DNA of 64,000 bases from an uncultured Ruminococcus sp. (GTDB lineage Bacteria > Bacillota > Clostridia > Oscillospirales > CAG-272): positions 109,648 to 173,647 of the forward strand of contig CAZULC010000001.1 in NCBI GenBank assembly GCA_964621165.1. The letters run 5' to 3'. Position 1 is the stretch's first letter. Each line of letters opens with the position of its first letter. Positions 18,043 to 26,874 of this stretch are shown here, piece by piece. A program made the position numbers and the translations under genes. The notes below the pieces were generated by a model. It did not search any database and was not told the DNA's origin. It saw nothing but the letters and a program-made list of their open reading frames with translations.

Positions 18043-19414
18043 TTATTACCCCTCCAATCCACTTCGAACGGAACTCGTCCACCGTCATAACCCCGGCCTC
18101 TACTTCGCCAAGATCGGCTAACCGCCGACTGTCCGCGTCACTGAAATATGAGTCGTCAAAACTCATCTGTATGTCCGCACCTTCGTCTATCGCTAATCCG
18201 TAATAGTGTGCGCCGCACCATAATAACGCACGCGCTATAGATATGATAAAACTCCGCGCATTCCGCTGGTGCTTCACTAAATTCTGCCGCATGTCCTGCC
18301 GCTCTCCCATGTACTGAGTCGCAGTCAGCTTCACACGACCGTCTGTGTCAAAGGTGTAGTGATGTACGCCAAGCCCGCACCGAAAGGCTAAATAACTTAA
18401 CTGCCACTGAACAGCCGCCGCATTGTCACTTACCCTCAGGGACGGATTGTGCTCCGTTATCATCGGATTGTCCGTAAAATCCCCGTCGCCTAAGGTCACA
18501 AATAACTGCTGAGCTACGTCGTCAGGCGTTATCACATTCCCAAAATCATCTCGCTGAAGTAGGGACTGACTTAAAAATACCTTCTTCCCACCAAGCTTTA
18601 TGTCCCGACAGAAATTGTTGAAGGCTAAGTCAACTCCCTTTAAACAGTCGATAGCGTCCGCAAATACCGATACTCCCATCCCCGGACCTAACTCGCTCTC
18701 GTAATTGCTCTGTATGTTGGGCGTCAGTATGGCAAAAAATGGGATCTCGGAACCGGTGCGCATTACATCGGGGACTCCATCCAACGGAACCCGCTCCAGC
18801 CCGGCTGAGACTAAGTCTTCCTCACCGGAAAAATCAATTGAACTCGTACCGACCACTCCCGACGGCTTGTAGAGACTGTTGCGAATAACATATTGCCCGC
18901 CTTCGAGAATGTGTTCCTCACAGTAGATGTAATCCTCGCCCCGTCGGGTGAACTCAGAAATAAACCGCGCCTCAACTATTTTGCCGTTCACTACGCTGAT
19001 CGGATGAATGTGTAACGCATCAACATACTCAAACCGTATCTTCGACTTGCCACTCGCCGCTATCCTGCCGCCTTTTAGGGTAAAATTTTCAAGCCTTAAT
19101 AGTATGGCTCCCGTACCAAGCGCAAAAACACGCTCAGTTAATGTGTTCGCATTGCCCCAAAAATCGCTTTCCTCAAATACGCGGGAAATAAAAGCCGCTC
19201 CTGAATCGTCGGATATGCTTAGGGAACAACGGTCGTTGAAGATAAGCGAAGCCCAGTCCTCGCAGATTTTCTTCGCCATGTTCATGCGGTAAAGATCACG
19301 ACGGATCACACCACTGCCGCAGATGCTCTCATGGAACCGGTGGAAGGATGGATCAAACCCGCGCCACCATGAATCCCAGTATTTGATTAAATCACTACTC
19401 AAAATTACCTCCAT
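18035..19414 (-). CDS. Portal protein (SPP1 Gp6-like size and position)
   Basis: 459 aa, immediately downstream of the large terminase. Confidence 0.7.
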   Translation of the reverse strand: MEVILSSDLIKYWDSWWRGFDPSFHRFHESICGSGVIRRDLYRMNMAKKICEDWASLIFNDRCSLSISDDSGAAFISRVFEESDFWGNANTLTERVFALGTGAILLRLENFTLKGGRIAASGKSKIRFEYVDALHIHPISVVNGKIVEARFISEFTRRGEDYIYCEEHILEGGQYVIRNSLYKPSGVVGTSSIDFSGEEDLVSAGLERVPLDGVPDVMRTGSEIPFFAILTPNIQSNYESELGPGMGVSVFADAIDCLKGVDLAFNNFCRDIKLGGKKVFLSQSLLQRDDFGNVITPDDVAQQLFVTLGDGDFTDNPMITEHNPSLRVSDNAAAVQWQLSYLAFRCGLGVHHYTFDTDGRVKLTATQYMGERQDMRQNLVKHQRNARSFIISIARALLWCGAHYYGLAIDEGADIQMSFDDSYFSDADSRRLADLGEVEAGVMTVDEFRSKWIGGVINE

Positions 19415-19420
19415 AAATTA

Positions 19421-19611
19421 TGTAGAAGAATCTCCCCACCCTTAAACAAAACGTTGTCAGCCCAAAAGTTTGTAGGGTTCAAAGAGATGACGTCCCTTGT
19501 CGACTTCCGCAGAAGTCGAAATCCCCCAAGACTTCCAAAGAGTTCCTCTTTTGGTTCTTTGCTCCTCGATAAAGGAGAAAAGAACAACGAAATCCCCGCA
19601 CTCCCTCCCCC
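19421..19611 (+). repeat. F1 repeat, copy 5 (full), between the terL and portal genes
   Basis: GTAGAAGAATCTCCCCACCCTTAAACAAAACGTTGTCAGCCCAAAAGTTTGTAGGG...GGAGAAAAGAACAACGAAATCCCCGCACTCCCTCCCCC. Confidence 0.9.
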
Positions 19612-19653
19612 TTCACCAGTTCCATAAAGGCGCCCCCACCCATCCCCCTTTTT

Positions 19654-20961
19654 TCACCCCATGTACCGCTCAATCGAATACTCCATGGCGTCAAGAATAT
19701 CAATATCGCTCGTGAAATTGTCAAGCCGCTTGTCGCCTGAGGCTGACTCGTCCCATAAGGCACTGCTTAACCCGCTGATTAACTCCGTACACCCGCTTGA
19801 TACATGAAACCGACCTTGGGCCATAAGCTGATTCACAAAACTGATGCGGTCAACTATCGGCTTCTTTATGCTGTCAAGTACCTGTATCACCTCGCCATAA
19901 CGGCGTAAATGCTTCCGTAACCCGCTGATTAAATACTGCGCCTCGTTGTCCGCAAATATGTACCGGATATTCACCCCAGGGTAACTCCGCCGTAAATCAT
20001 GTATGAACTCAACCACGGCTCCGTTTATCCGCTCGGGATCTATCTCACCTTTCTCTCCGCTTACTATGCTCTCCCTGAGTATCACAAACTCAAGCTGACC
20101 GCATACCCGACGTATCCCTGTTCCGACTATCGCTGTCTTCGACCTGTTCCCGCCAAAGTCTATCCCTATGATGATAAAATCTACCCGACCTGCTTCATCT
20201 GCCGTAAATTCAGCCGGACTGTCCGCAAACCGCCGGTATATTATCCCCTCGGCCGCACATCGCTCTCCTAAAATGTCTCGCCGGTACCATATGGAACCTT
20301 TGTCGTACTGCGCCTCTATCTCGCTGAGCCGCTCTTCACTGATCACCGGATTGTCGTATATCGTGAAATGACCGTAGTTGTAAAATCCGTCCCCGACTTC
20401 TCCCTGCTCTGCCATCTCACGGTACCTGTCAATGTGATCTCTGTATATCGCGGCTTTCGGCGTGGATGGATTCAAATCCCAGAATATCCGCCGATCACGG
20501 GCCGCCAATGTCCGGTTCAACGCCTCTTCAATGAAATTTGACGCATGTAGATTTATCTCCGTGGCTATCCACATGCCGTAGGAATTTCCCCGAATGCGCT
20601 TGTATGAATCGGAATTCTTGCCGCCTGCAAATATAATGTGCTTCTCCCCCGCCGCAGTCTTCACACACATGGAATCGTTGCCGCGGTACTTCTCCCACTT
20701 GAACCGCCCCGCAAATATCCGCTCAAGCCCTAATCCGTTGCAGTCGCCTATGTTTATCTTCGCGTTGCCAAGAGTAGAGCCGGTAGCAAGATGTATCCTG
20801 TCCGGTGACTTCTCAAGCAGGGACGCAAATACAAATACATTGTCTATGGTCTTGCCCGCCCGGACGGCTCCCTCGGCTACGTTTATAACCGATGTGTACG
20901 CCCGCGCCATGTATTTCCTGTGCTTGATTCCAAAATTGTAGTCCAAACCATCATCTCCCAT
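19654..20961 (-). CDS. Terminase large subunit (PBSX/XtmB-type)
   Basis: 435 aa. Walker A in VAEGAVRAGKTID. The C-terminal half is nuclease-like. Confidence 0.85.
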   Translation of the reverse strand: MGDDGLDYNFGIKHRKYMARAYTSVINVAEGAVRAGKTIDNVFVFASLLEKSPDRIHLATGSTLGNAKINIGDCNGLGLERIFAGRFKWEKYRGNDSMCVKTAAGEKHIIFAGGKNSDSYKRIRGNSYGMWIATEINLHASNFIEEALNRTLAARDRRIFWDLNPSTPKAAIYRDHIDRYREMAEQGEVGDGFYNYGHFTIYDNPVISEERLSEIEAQYDKGSIWYRRDILGERCAAEGIIYRRFADSPAEFTADEAGRVDFIIIGIDFGGNRSKTAIVGTGIRRVCGQLEFVILRESIVSGEKGEIDPERINGAVVEFIHDLRRSYPGVNIRYIFADNEAQYLISGLRKHLRRYGEVIQVLDSIKKPIVDRISFVNQLMAQGRFHVSSGCTELISGLSSALWDESASGDKRLDNFTSDIDILDAMEYSIERYMG

Positions 20962-21170
20962 CAGAATTCCCCCGTTCCCGCCCGCCCAGATAACCCGATG
21001 GAAAACGATATAAGTTTGGAGTGTGAAGAGTGGAGCTTATATTGTTGAGTCGCAAACCGTATCCCAATGAAGTACCGCTTCATGCTTGACCTCACCTCAA
21101 TCAAATTCGCCGGAGTATCGCTTGAACTGTTCCCCATTGGTTCACTTAATCCAGACCCACGCCGAACTGC

Positions 21171-21485
21171 TCACCCTTCCCCGAATAACTCCCGCCGGAT
21201 ACCGGATACTTCCGCGTCGGCTGAATTGCTGACTGCACCGGAATCACGTCCGATTATGTCAAAGTATAACCGTATCGCTGAAACATTCCCGCTCTCGGCC
21301 GCGTCAAGTAACGCACGCCATACTAGTGGAGCTTCAAATATCCCCGCTGACCGGCATAAGCTTAACCCCACCGCACCAGCCCCTGACTTGATTAACTCCC
21401 AGTACTCACTCACGCTTAACCCAAGCGACGAGAGAACTTCATCCGAATGTAACCCCCGCACCACCGTTTCTTCTCCGCTTTCCAT
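21171..21485 (-). CDS. Small terminase-like HTH protein
   Basis: Start moved to MESGEETVV.. (ATG at 21485) behind GAAAGGAAG. Carries LGLSVSEYWELIKSG and LLDAAESGNVSAIRLYFDIIG. Confidence 0.5.
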   Translation of the reverse strand: MESGEETVVRGLHSDEVLSSLGLSVSEYWELIKSGAGAVGLSLCRSAGIFEAPLVWRALLDAAESGNVSAIRLYFDIIGRDSGAVSNSADAEVSGIRRELFGEG

Positions 21486-21753
21486 CTGACCACTTCCTTT
21501 CACCTTGCCTAAATTGTACCATATCTGCCCCCTCCCTTTCATCCCCGCCAATTCCCATCTCACATTCATATTTTAAATCCAGTAAATCCTCCCATTTTCT
21601 CAGCCATTCTTACCCATTTCCCCCTTGATTCAAAAATCTCCTCGCCATACGTAAAATAAGCCTTAATCTCCAGTCCATATTTTGTTAACATTTCTACGCC
21701 AATAAAAAAAGCAACCTCATAATAAGATTGCCTCGTTTGTATTGATTTTTACC

Positions 21754-22458
21754 TCAGCCAGTAACCTCTACCTCGATCCTCAACCGGGTCCGCTGTATTC
21801 CAAGACCGCGCAGCTCAACCAAATAGTCCGCCTCAATAACCCCGCCTGACTCCCGGCTGAATTCCACATTGACCTTCTTCGAGTAAACCGCAAGCTCCAT
21901 GCGCATGAAACTTAACCCGTACACCGATATGTGCCGCCGCCCTTCCTCCAAAACCAACGTGTTGCTGAACTCCCCAGTCCGCATTATCGTAATAATCGGC
22001 TTCTCCCCGTCACGGTTGATGATAATCTTCGTATCGACCCCTTCGTCCGACGGATAAAATATTACGTCATGCCCGCCTTCTTCATCCACATATGCCTCGC
22101 TGAACATCATGCGCCCGTCAGCTGGATCAGGAACAACGCCTTCGTCATCATCTTCAACTTCTTCATCATCACCTTCGTCGAATAATGAATCCATAACGTC
22201 AGCACTGAACTGCCCAATGGGAAACATGGATAATTTCCGCCCGCTGTCCGACCCAATGTCATCAATAGTGCGGGAACTTAACTTCACCTTCGCACGACAC
22301 ACGCCCGAACTCATACCTGACTCCATCCTCTCGGAAGTGAGCCGCTCACCGGCATCGTCCGATATCCGAACGTCAAGATTCATTCCTAACTCCTCCCAGT
22401 CAACCCGCTCGTCCTTCCGAATTCCCAAATTATCCCCCTTAACCCGTCTCCTGCTCAT
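21754..22458 (-). CDS. DUF1934 (YwiB-like) beta-barrel protein with an acidic N-terminal extension
   Basis: C-terminal IITIMRTGEFSNTLVLEEGRRHISVYGLSFMRMELAVYSKKV..GGVIEADYLVEL. Start at the ATG at 22458 behind GGTGGAGGG. Confidence 0.55.
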   Translation of the reverse strand: MSRRRVKGDNLGIRKDERVDWEELGMNLDVRISDDAGERLTSERMESGMSSGVCRAKVKLSSRTIDDIGSDSGRKLSMFPIGQFSADVMDSLFDEGDDEEVEDDDEGVVPDPADGRMMFSEAYVDEEGGHDVIFYPSDEGVDTKIIINRDGEKPIITIMRTGEFSNTLVLEEGRRHISVYGLSFMRMELAVYSKKVNVEFSRESGGVIEADYLVELRGLGIQRTRLRIEVEVTG

Positions 22459-22569
22459 AAAACCCTCCACCATAAAAAATGTATAATCCCTCAGCCAAAC
22501 CAGCCCCCAACAATGATATTCTCCATAGCCAAACCAAACTCCAAAATACCCGAAAGGCAGAACCAACTC

Positions 22570-22850
22570 CCCCACTAAGTAACTCCATAACGCAATCGAG
22601 ATCCGGCGTAGGCAGGCAAGGGTCGGAAGCTGTGCACCGGAGATAGCAAGCTATCTCCAACAAGGCGGTCCCTGACTGCCGTATTAAATTCCTCCTGATC
22701 CCTTGGTATTCAAAATTCAATCCGTACTTCTCCCTACTCAGCTGCAGAATAGGAGAAAGGAAGCACGCCCTATTCAGCTTCACACCAAAAGACCCAGTTT
22801 AAAAGTTCTTGCTCAGCTTATTTCAAGAAGCGCGTTCTCTTTAACTCACC
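22570..22850 (+). repeat. F2 modular repeat, copy A (modules M2-M5, no M1)
   Basis: GGCAGGCAAGGGTCGGAAGCTGTGCACCGGAGATAGCAAGCTATCTCCAACAAGGCGGTCCCTGACTGCCGTATTAAATTCCTCCTGATCCCTTGGTATTC...TTTAAAAGTTCTTGCTCAGCTTATTTCAAGAAGCGCG. Confidence 0.9.
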
Positions 22851-23747
22851 CCTTCGGTATCTCTCAACTTCTTCGCGCACTTCTCCTCTCTCCTTGAGAA
22901 TGTTGTAAACGCAAACCCCGCCTATAACTATGAACGCACCAATGATCGCCATCACGCCTATGCTTTCGTGAATTATAACCGCAGCTAAAATCGGATTTAA
23001 TACCGGCTCAATCATGGAAATCAAAGACGCAGTAAGCGGCGCTACCGAATTCAAGCCGTCCGCTATGCAGATGTAGGCTAAACCAAATTGAATAAAACCT
23101 ATCAGTAACACACCAACTATCACTTTTGCCGAAAAATCAACCTCGCCTGCCATAAACGGTAGCCCGATAACCGCGCCAAATACGCAGCCTATCAACACCG
23201 ACGATAACGAATCCGAACCCGGGAACTTCTTCATCATGAATACAAACGAATACGCTACCCCAGATATTATCGCTATAATGTTCCCAGCTATTCCGCCTCC
23301 CGAAAGACTGTCTATGAAAAATAATACTACCCCAAATAAAATAATAAATACAGCTCCCCCGTCAAGCTTCGTCGGCTTCTCCTTGAATATAAGCCACATG
23401 AATAATATGATAAATATCGGCGCCGTGTATTGTAATACTATCGCGTTCGCAGCTGTCGTCAACCGGTTCGCTAATATGTATAGTAACCCCTGTAACGTCA
23501 TCGCTAACCCGCAGAATACCGTGCTTTTGTCTATCACTATCCTGTGCCGCCGTATCTTCATGTATGTGAATATCTCCACAGCCGCAAGTAACGAACGCGC
23601 TCCGCATAACGACATCACTCCCCACGGCACCGACTTCACAAGAACCCCGCCTAACGAAAAACATACCGCCGATATTACAAAAAAACCAACCCCAATCCCG
23701 TGGCCTTTTGCTCCTTTTTCCTTTTCCTTTTCCGTATCCATATTCAT
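22818..23747 (-). CDS. EamA/DMT-family transporter
   Basis: 309 aa, about 10 hydrophobic segments in two similar halves. The last ~10 codons and the stop lie inside F2 copy A. Confidence 0.7.
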   Translation of the reverse strand: MNMDTEKEKEKGAKGHGIGVGFFVISAVCFSLGGVLVKSVPWGVMSLCGARSLLAAVEIFTYMKIRRHRIVIDKSTVFCGLAMTLQGLLYILANRLTTAANAIVLQYTAPIFIILFMWLIFKEKPTKLDGGAVFIILFGVVLFFIDSLSGGGIAGNIIAIISGVAYSFVFMMKKFPGSDSLSSVLIGCVFGAVIGLPFMAGEVDFSAKVIVGVLLIGFIQFGLAYICIADGLNSVAPLTASLISMIEPVLNPILAAVIIHESIGVMAIIGAFIVIGGVCVYNILKERGEVREEVERYRRGELKRTRFLK

Positions 23748-23805
23748 ACCTCTTGCTCAATAATCAAACTTCAAATTAAATCCGCACTGCCGCACCACCA
23801 CACCG

Positions 23806-24585
23806 TCACATAACCGGACGTAATATAGGGTCCGCGTTCAGCTTTAACCCAAAACGGTATACCATGTCCATCGCCTTCTCCCGCGAAGCCAAATCCGCCA
23901 CAACATCAGCCGAATGCGCGTCAGAACCAATGCAGACCTCGGCCCCAATCTCACCGCATAACCGGAAAAATTCATCATGCGGATATGGCCGGCCGTCACG
24001 TATGCCGAGTAAGTTTATCTCAAGCGGAATCCCCATTCCTTTGGCCCCTTCAATCAATCGGCAGTAGTGCTTCTCAAATATCCGTCCCTCCCCCGCAAAA
24101 TTGCATAAATCCGGATGCGCAATGTACGTGAACTTCCCCGTGGATATCCCGCATAACACTGTGTCCACATATTCGCGCAGTATCCCCTCGTCAGTCGTGC
24201 GGTTGCCCGAATATACGCCGTCCATCTCGTTCCAGATGAAATGCTGACCCAATATGAGATAGTCCACCTCGTACCGGCATATCATCTCAAGAAATCTGTC
24301 GAAAAACCGCGGATAATACTCGGCCTCGTAGCCAATCTTTATCTCAATCCGGCCACGGTATTCCTCCCGCAAAGCCTGCAGCGCAGTAACATAATCCTCC
24401 TGCAACTCTGGACGCATGCGGAAACCGGAATAATATTCCCCGTCAAACACGTATGGCGCATGATCGGCAAAACCCAGCTTGGTAATCCCGTCAGCAAGCG
24501 CCCGCTCAATATAATCCCGCTCCACTCCCGAAGCATGGTTGCACCGAAACGTATGCGTATGCAAATTAACAAAAACCTCAGACAT
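23806..24585 (-). CDS. PHP-family histidinol-phosphatase (HisJ type)
   Basis: MSEVFVNLHTHTFRCNHASG..GFADHAPY..HPD... Start trimmed from 24636, because that extension reads into repeat F3-a. Confidence 0.7.
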   Translation of the reverse strand: MSEVFVNLHTHTFRCNHASGVERDYIERALADGITKLGFADHAPYVFDGEYYSGFRMRPELQEDYVTALQALREEYRGRIEIKIGYEAEYYPRFFDRFLEMICRYEVDYLILGQHFIWNEMDGVYSGNRTTDEGILREYVDTVLCGISTGKFTYIAHPDLCNFAGEGRIFEKHYCRLIEGAKGMGIPLEINLLGIRDGRPYPHDEFFRLCGEIGAEVCIGSDAHSADVVADLASREKAMDMVYRFGLKLNADPILRPVM

Positions 24586-24597
24586 AAAAAATCCTCT

Positions 24598-24712
24598 CAG
24601 TGGTGGGTAAGTGGGGAAGCCCACACGGGCAGTCACGGCACATCTTCAGCTGAAATTTATACAGCTTCCACGACGACCGAACCCAAGCTCCCGCGGCAGC
24701 ACAGCCACCCAC
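24598..24712 (+). repeat. Family-3 (F3) repeat, copy a
   Basis: GTGGGGAAGCCCACACGGGCAGTCACGGCACATCTTCAGCTGAAA..TTCCACGACG..GCTCCCGCGGCAG. Confidence 0.8.
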
Positions 24713-24820
24713 AAAATACTTTATCACATATTATACCACATCATCCCCAAAACTACAATCCCCCGCGAAAATTTTCTTTCATCCGAACCGCAGAACCCAA
24801 AAAAATTTTTCTCCGCTCTA

Positions 24821-24849
24821 TTGACACACATCCGTTTTGGTGATATAAT
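24821..24849 (+). promoter_or_regulatory. Sigma-A type promoter upstream of the 24956 small gene
   Basis: TTGACA, 17 nt spacer, TATAAT. Confidence 0.55.
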
Positions 24850-24955
24850 AATTTCACCGAACATTTTTTCTTCTTAAATCTTCCACCCAACCATATTTTC
24901 ACCTGATTTTCCAGTTTTTAGTATAATTTTTAAAGAAAAGGGAAGATTCAATAGA

Positions 24956-25168
24956 ATGAAGCAAAAACATTTTTTCGTCAAGTGCCGCCAGTGCGGTGAA
25001 CATTTATACGAAGGAGACTCCGCCTATAAAATAAACGACAGCTATTTCTGCCCCTGCTGTATCAGATCCGCCGAAATAATTCTCCCCGACCCCGACATAA
25101 CTCCCGAGCCGGACTGCGATACCCTGCGAAGACATTGGCAGACCACGGCGTTAACATTTCCGAAATAA
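24956..25168 (+). CDS. Small zinc-ribbon-like protein
   Basis: 70 aa with CRQCGEH..(17 aa)..CPCC, i.e. two CxxC pairs. Confidence 0.45.
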   Translation: MKQKHFFVKCRQCGEHLYEGDSAYKINDSYFCPCCIRSAEIILPDPDITPEPDCDTLRRHWQTTALTFPK

Positions 25169-25228
25169 ATTTAAGCGAATTAAATAATATTGAGAATAAT
25201 ATGTTGATAACAGAAAGGAAATACTGCT

Positions 25229-25588
25229 TTGAATTCAGTCAAACTGCGCAAAAGAACCGATAGATTTCTCAAGGACCTCACCATCTACGAGGCTTATATA
25301 GATTATTACACAAAGCTAAAAAACACAGATAAACTGACCATCGAACAGACCAAAACCGTGACCTATCGACTCGAGCTGTACGCGACAATGACCCGCGCCA
25401 CCAGACGTGCAATCGAAAACCTGACCCCCACCGAACGCCGGATTGTAAACCTGCTTTACTTCACCCCCGAAACCACAGTGGACGACGTGTGCTATGAAGT
25501 CAGCATGGAGCGAAGCACAGTCTACCGATATAGAGCTTCCGCCCTCGATAAAATTTCAGCACAGATTTTCGGCAAAAAGTCCCGCTGA
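25229..25588 (+). CDS. ArpU/RinA-like (sigma-70 region-4-like) phage late transcriptional regulator
   Basis: 119 aa, TTG start behind GAAAGGAAA. C-terminal LTPTERRIVNLLYFTPETTVDDVCYEVSMERSTVYRYRASALDKISAQIF. Confidence 0.55.
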   Translation: MNSVKLRKRTDRFLKDLTIYEAYIDYYTKLKNTDKLTIEQTKTVTYRLELYATMTRATRRAIENLTPTERRIVNLLYFTPETTVDDVCYEVSMERSTVYRYRASALDKISAQIFGKKSR

Positions 25589-25621
25589 CCCCACAAAAGT
25601 ACAAAATTAACAAGTCCCCTA

Positions 25622-25651
25622 TTGACATACCGCTCCCGCCCGCGATATAAT
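25622..25651 (+). promoter_or_regulatory. Sigma-A type promoter for the 25699 gene
   Basis: TTGACA, 18 nt spacer, TATAAT. Confidence 0.55.
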
Positions 25652-25698
25652 ATAAAAAGAATATCAGTCATTCATAAAAAAGGAAAGGAAAACAAAAA

Positions 25699-26421
25699 AT
25701 GAAAAACAGACTGAAATACGCCGCCCTCCCCCTGATTCTCGCCGCCCTGACCCTCGCCTCAGTCCCAGCAGCCGCGGACGAAATCCAGCCCGCGATTGGA
25801 CCCAGAACCACCTCGCAGGAACCTCAGCCCACTGCGGCGGAAATCAAGGGAAAATACCCATCAAGGGTAACGTCCGCCCTTATCGAAAACATGGACGAAG
25901 CCGAATTCGCTCTCGACGGAAACGCCGCCACTGAGGTTGAAGTAATATTCGCCAAAGACTCAACCCACACCGTAACCGTCAGCACGGCACTGCAGTCCCC
26001 AGCCGTAATCGAATACCTCGCGGTAATGCTCAAGCTTCCGGCAGATGCGTCGGTGGAAATCAAAGCATACGCCACAAATGACCTGACCGCCCGGGAATGG
26101 ACGGAACTCAAAGTCCTCCCGCCGGAAGAACAGGAAGACCCATCCGGATTTGCCGTGTATAAGCTCGAAAAATTCGCGAGAAAATTCTCACTCTACCGCT
26201 TCGAGATAACGCTGATAGACGGCGACAGCTTCTCAATCGTGGAACTCCAGCCCTTCGGCGAAAAAACACCGGCCATGAAATACAGCATTCCCGAGGGGGA
26301 CATAGAACCCGGCACAATCCCGCCCCTTGAATTTATAGAAGAACCCGAAGAACCCAAGTCAGGCACGAGCGAGGCCGCCAGACTGTGGTGTATAAGAACA
26401 AACCTGAACTTCATCCGCTGA
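25699..26421 (+). CDS. Secreted protein with one discoidin/galactose-binding-like domain (paralog 1)
   Basis: Signal peptide MKNRLKYAALPLILAALTLASVPAAADE. Carries LDGNAATEV..YATNDLTAREW..EKFARKFSLYRF..IVELQPFGE. Confidence 0.55.
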   Translation: MKNRLKYAALPLILAALTLASVPAAADEIQPAIGPRTTSQEPQPTAAEIKGKYPSRVTSALIENMDEAEFALDGNAATEVEVIFAKDSTHTVTVSTALQSPAVIEYLAVMLKLPADASVEIKAYATNDLTAREWTELKVLPPEEQEDPSGFAVYKLEKFARKFSLYRFEITLIDGDSFSIVELQPFGEKTPAMKYSIPEGDIEPGTIPPLEFIEEPEEPKSGTSEAARLWCIRTNLNFIR

Positions 26422-26487
26422 GAAAATGCATATCGAAAAACTGAACGAAAAGACGTCCGGCTCTATATAGAATACCTGAAAAACGCC

Positions 26488-26874
26488 ATGTCAGCTGAAC
26501 CCGAACGAATGACCACCGATGATGTGGACGAGCCTGCCATACTTAGCCGAATCTCCGACTCATTCTACATAAATACAACATTCCTTCTCGCACTGACCGA
26601 TGAACCGAATCCGGAAGTAATGGGCCGAATTGAGTACCACTTCTACGTATGTATGCAGGACAGGTGCCGCATGGCCTACGCTGACTGGGTCTATACCCTG
26701 CCGAAATATAGACGTCAAGGAACGGCACAGGCCCTGTTTCAGGTAAAGGAAAAAGACTGCCGCGCCCATAAAATCAACCAGTTCTACCTGATAAGAGCCA
26801 CAAACCCCGAAGCGGAAAGATTCTATAATAAATTCAAGGATTCCGCCACCCTCATCCTCCGCAAAGAACTGTGA
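26488..26874 (+). CDS. GNAT N-acetyltransferase (possibly 5'-frameshifted)
   Basis: YTLPKYRRQGTAQALF acetyl-CoA motif. An upstream ATG at 26426 in another frame encodes MHIEKLNEK.., which would join the same reading frame after a 1-nt shift. Confidence 0.55.
   Translation: MSAEPERMTTDDVDEPAILSRISDSFYINTTFLLALTDEPNPEVMGRIEYHFYVCMQDRCRMAYADWVYTLPKYRRQGTAQALFQVKEKDCRAHKINQFYLIRATNPEAERFYNKFKDSATLILRKEL

Larger units (their letters stand above)
7673..21485 (-). mobile_element. Phage-derived packaging/head/tail module only (defective prophage or GTA-like element)
   Basis: Co-linear minus-strand genes: terS, terL, portal, scaffold, capsid, connectors, major tail, chaperones, TMP, Dit, Gp37-like, fibres. 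No integrase, repressor, replication or lysis gene lies inside or beside it. Confidence 0.65.

Noticed and set aside
19505-19540. Riboswitch-like alternative pairing in F1 (GAAGTC can pair with either the upstream or the downstream GACTTC)
   Set aside because: In copies 3 and 8, where the central helix has covaried, the downstream GACTTC did not change accordingly. The alternative helix is therefore not supported.
21640-21753. Terminator after the DUF1934 gene (GCAA..TTGC followed by TTTTTTT on the minus strand)
   Set aside because: The stem is only 4 bp with a 13-nt loop, which is too weak to call despite the T-run.
7673-22575. Intact inducible prophage
   Set aside because: No integrase, repressor/antirepressor, replication genes, holin or endolysin could be identified. 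No att-like direct repeats or tRNA were seen at the ends. One structural gene is frameshifted.
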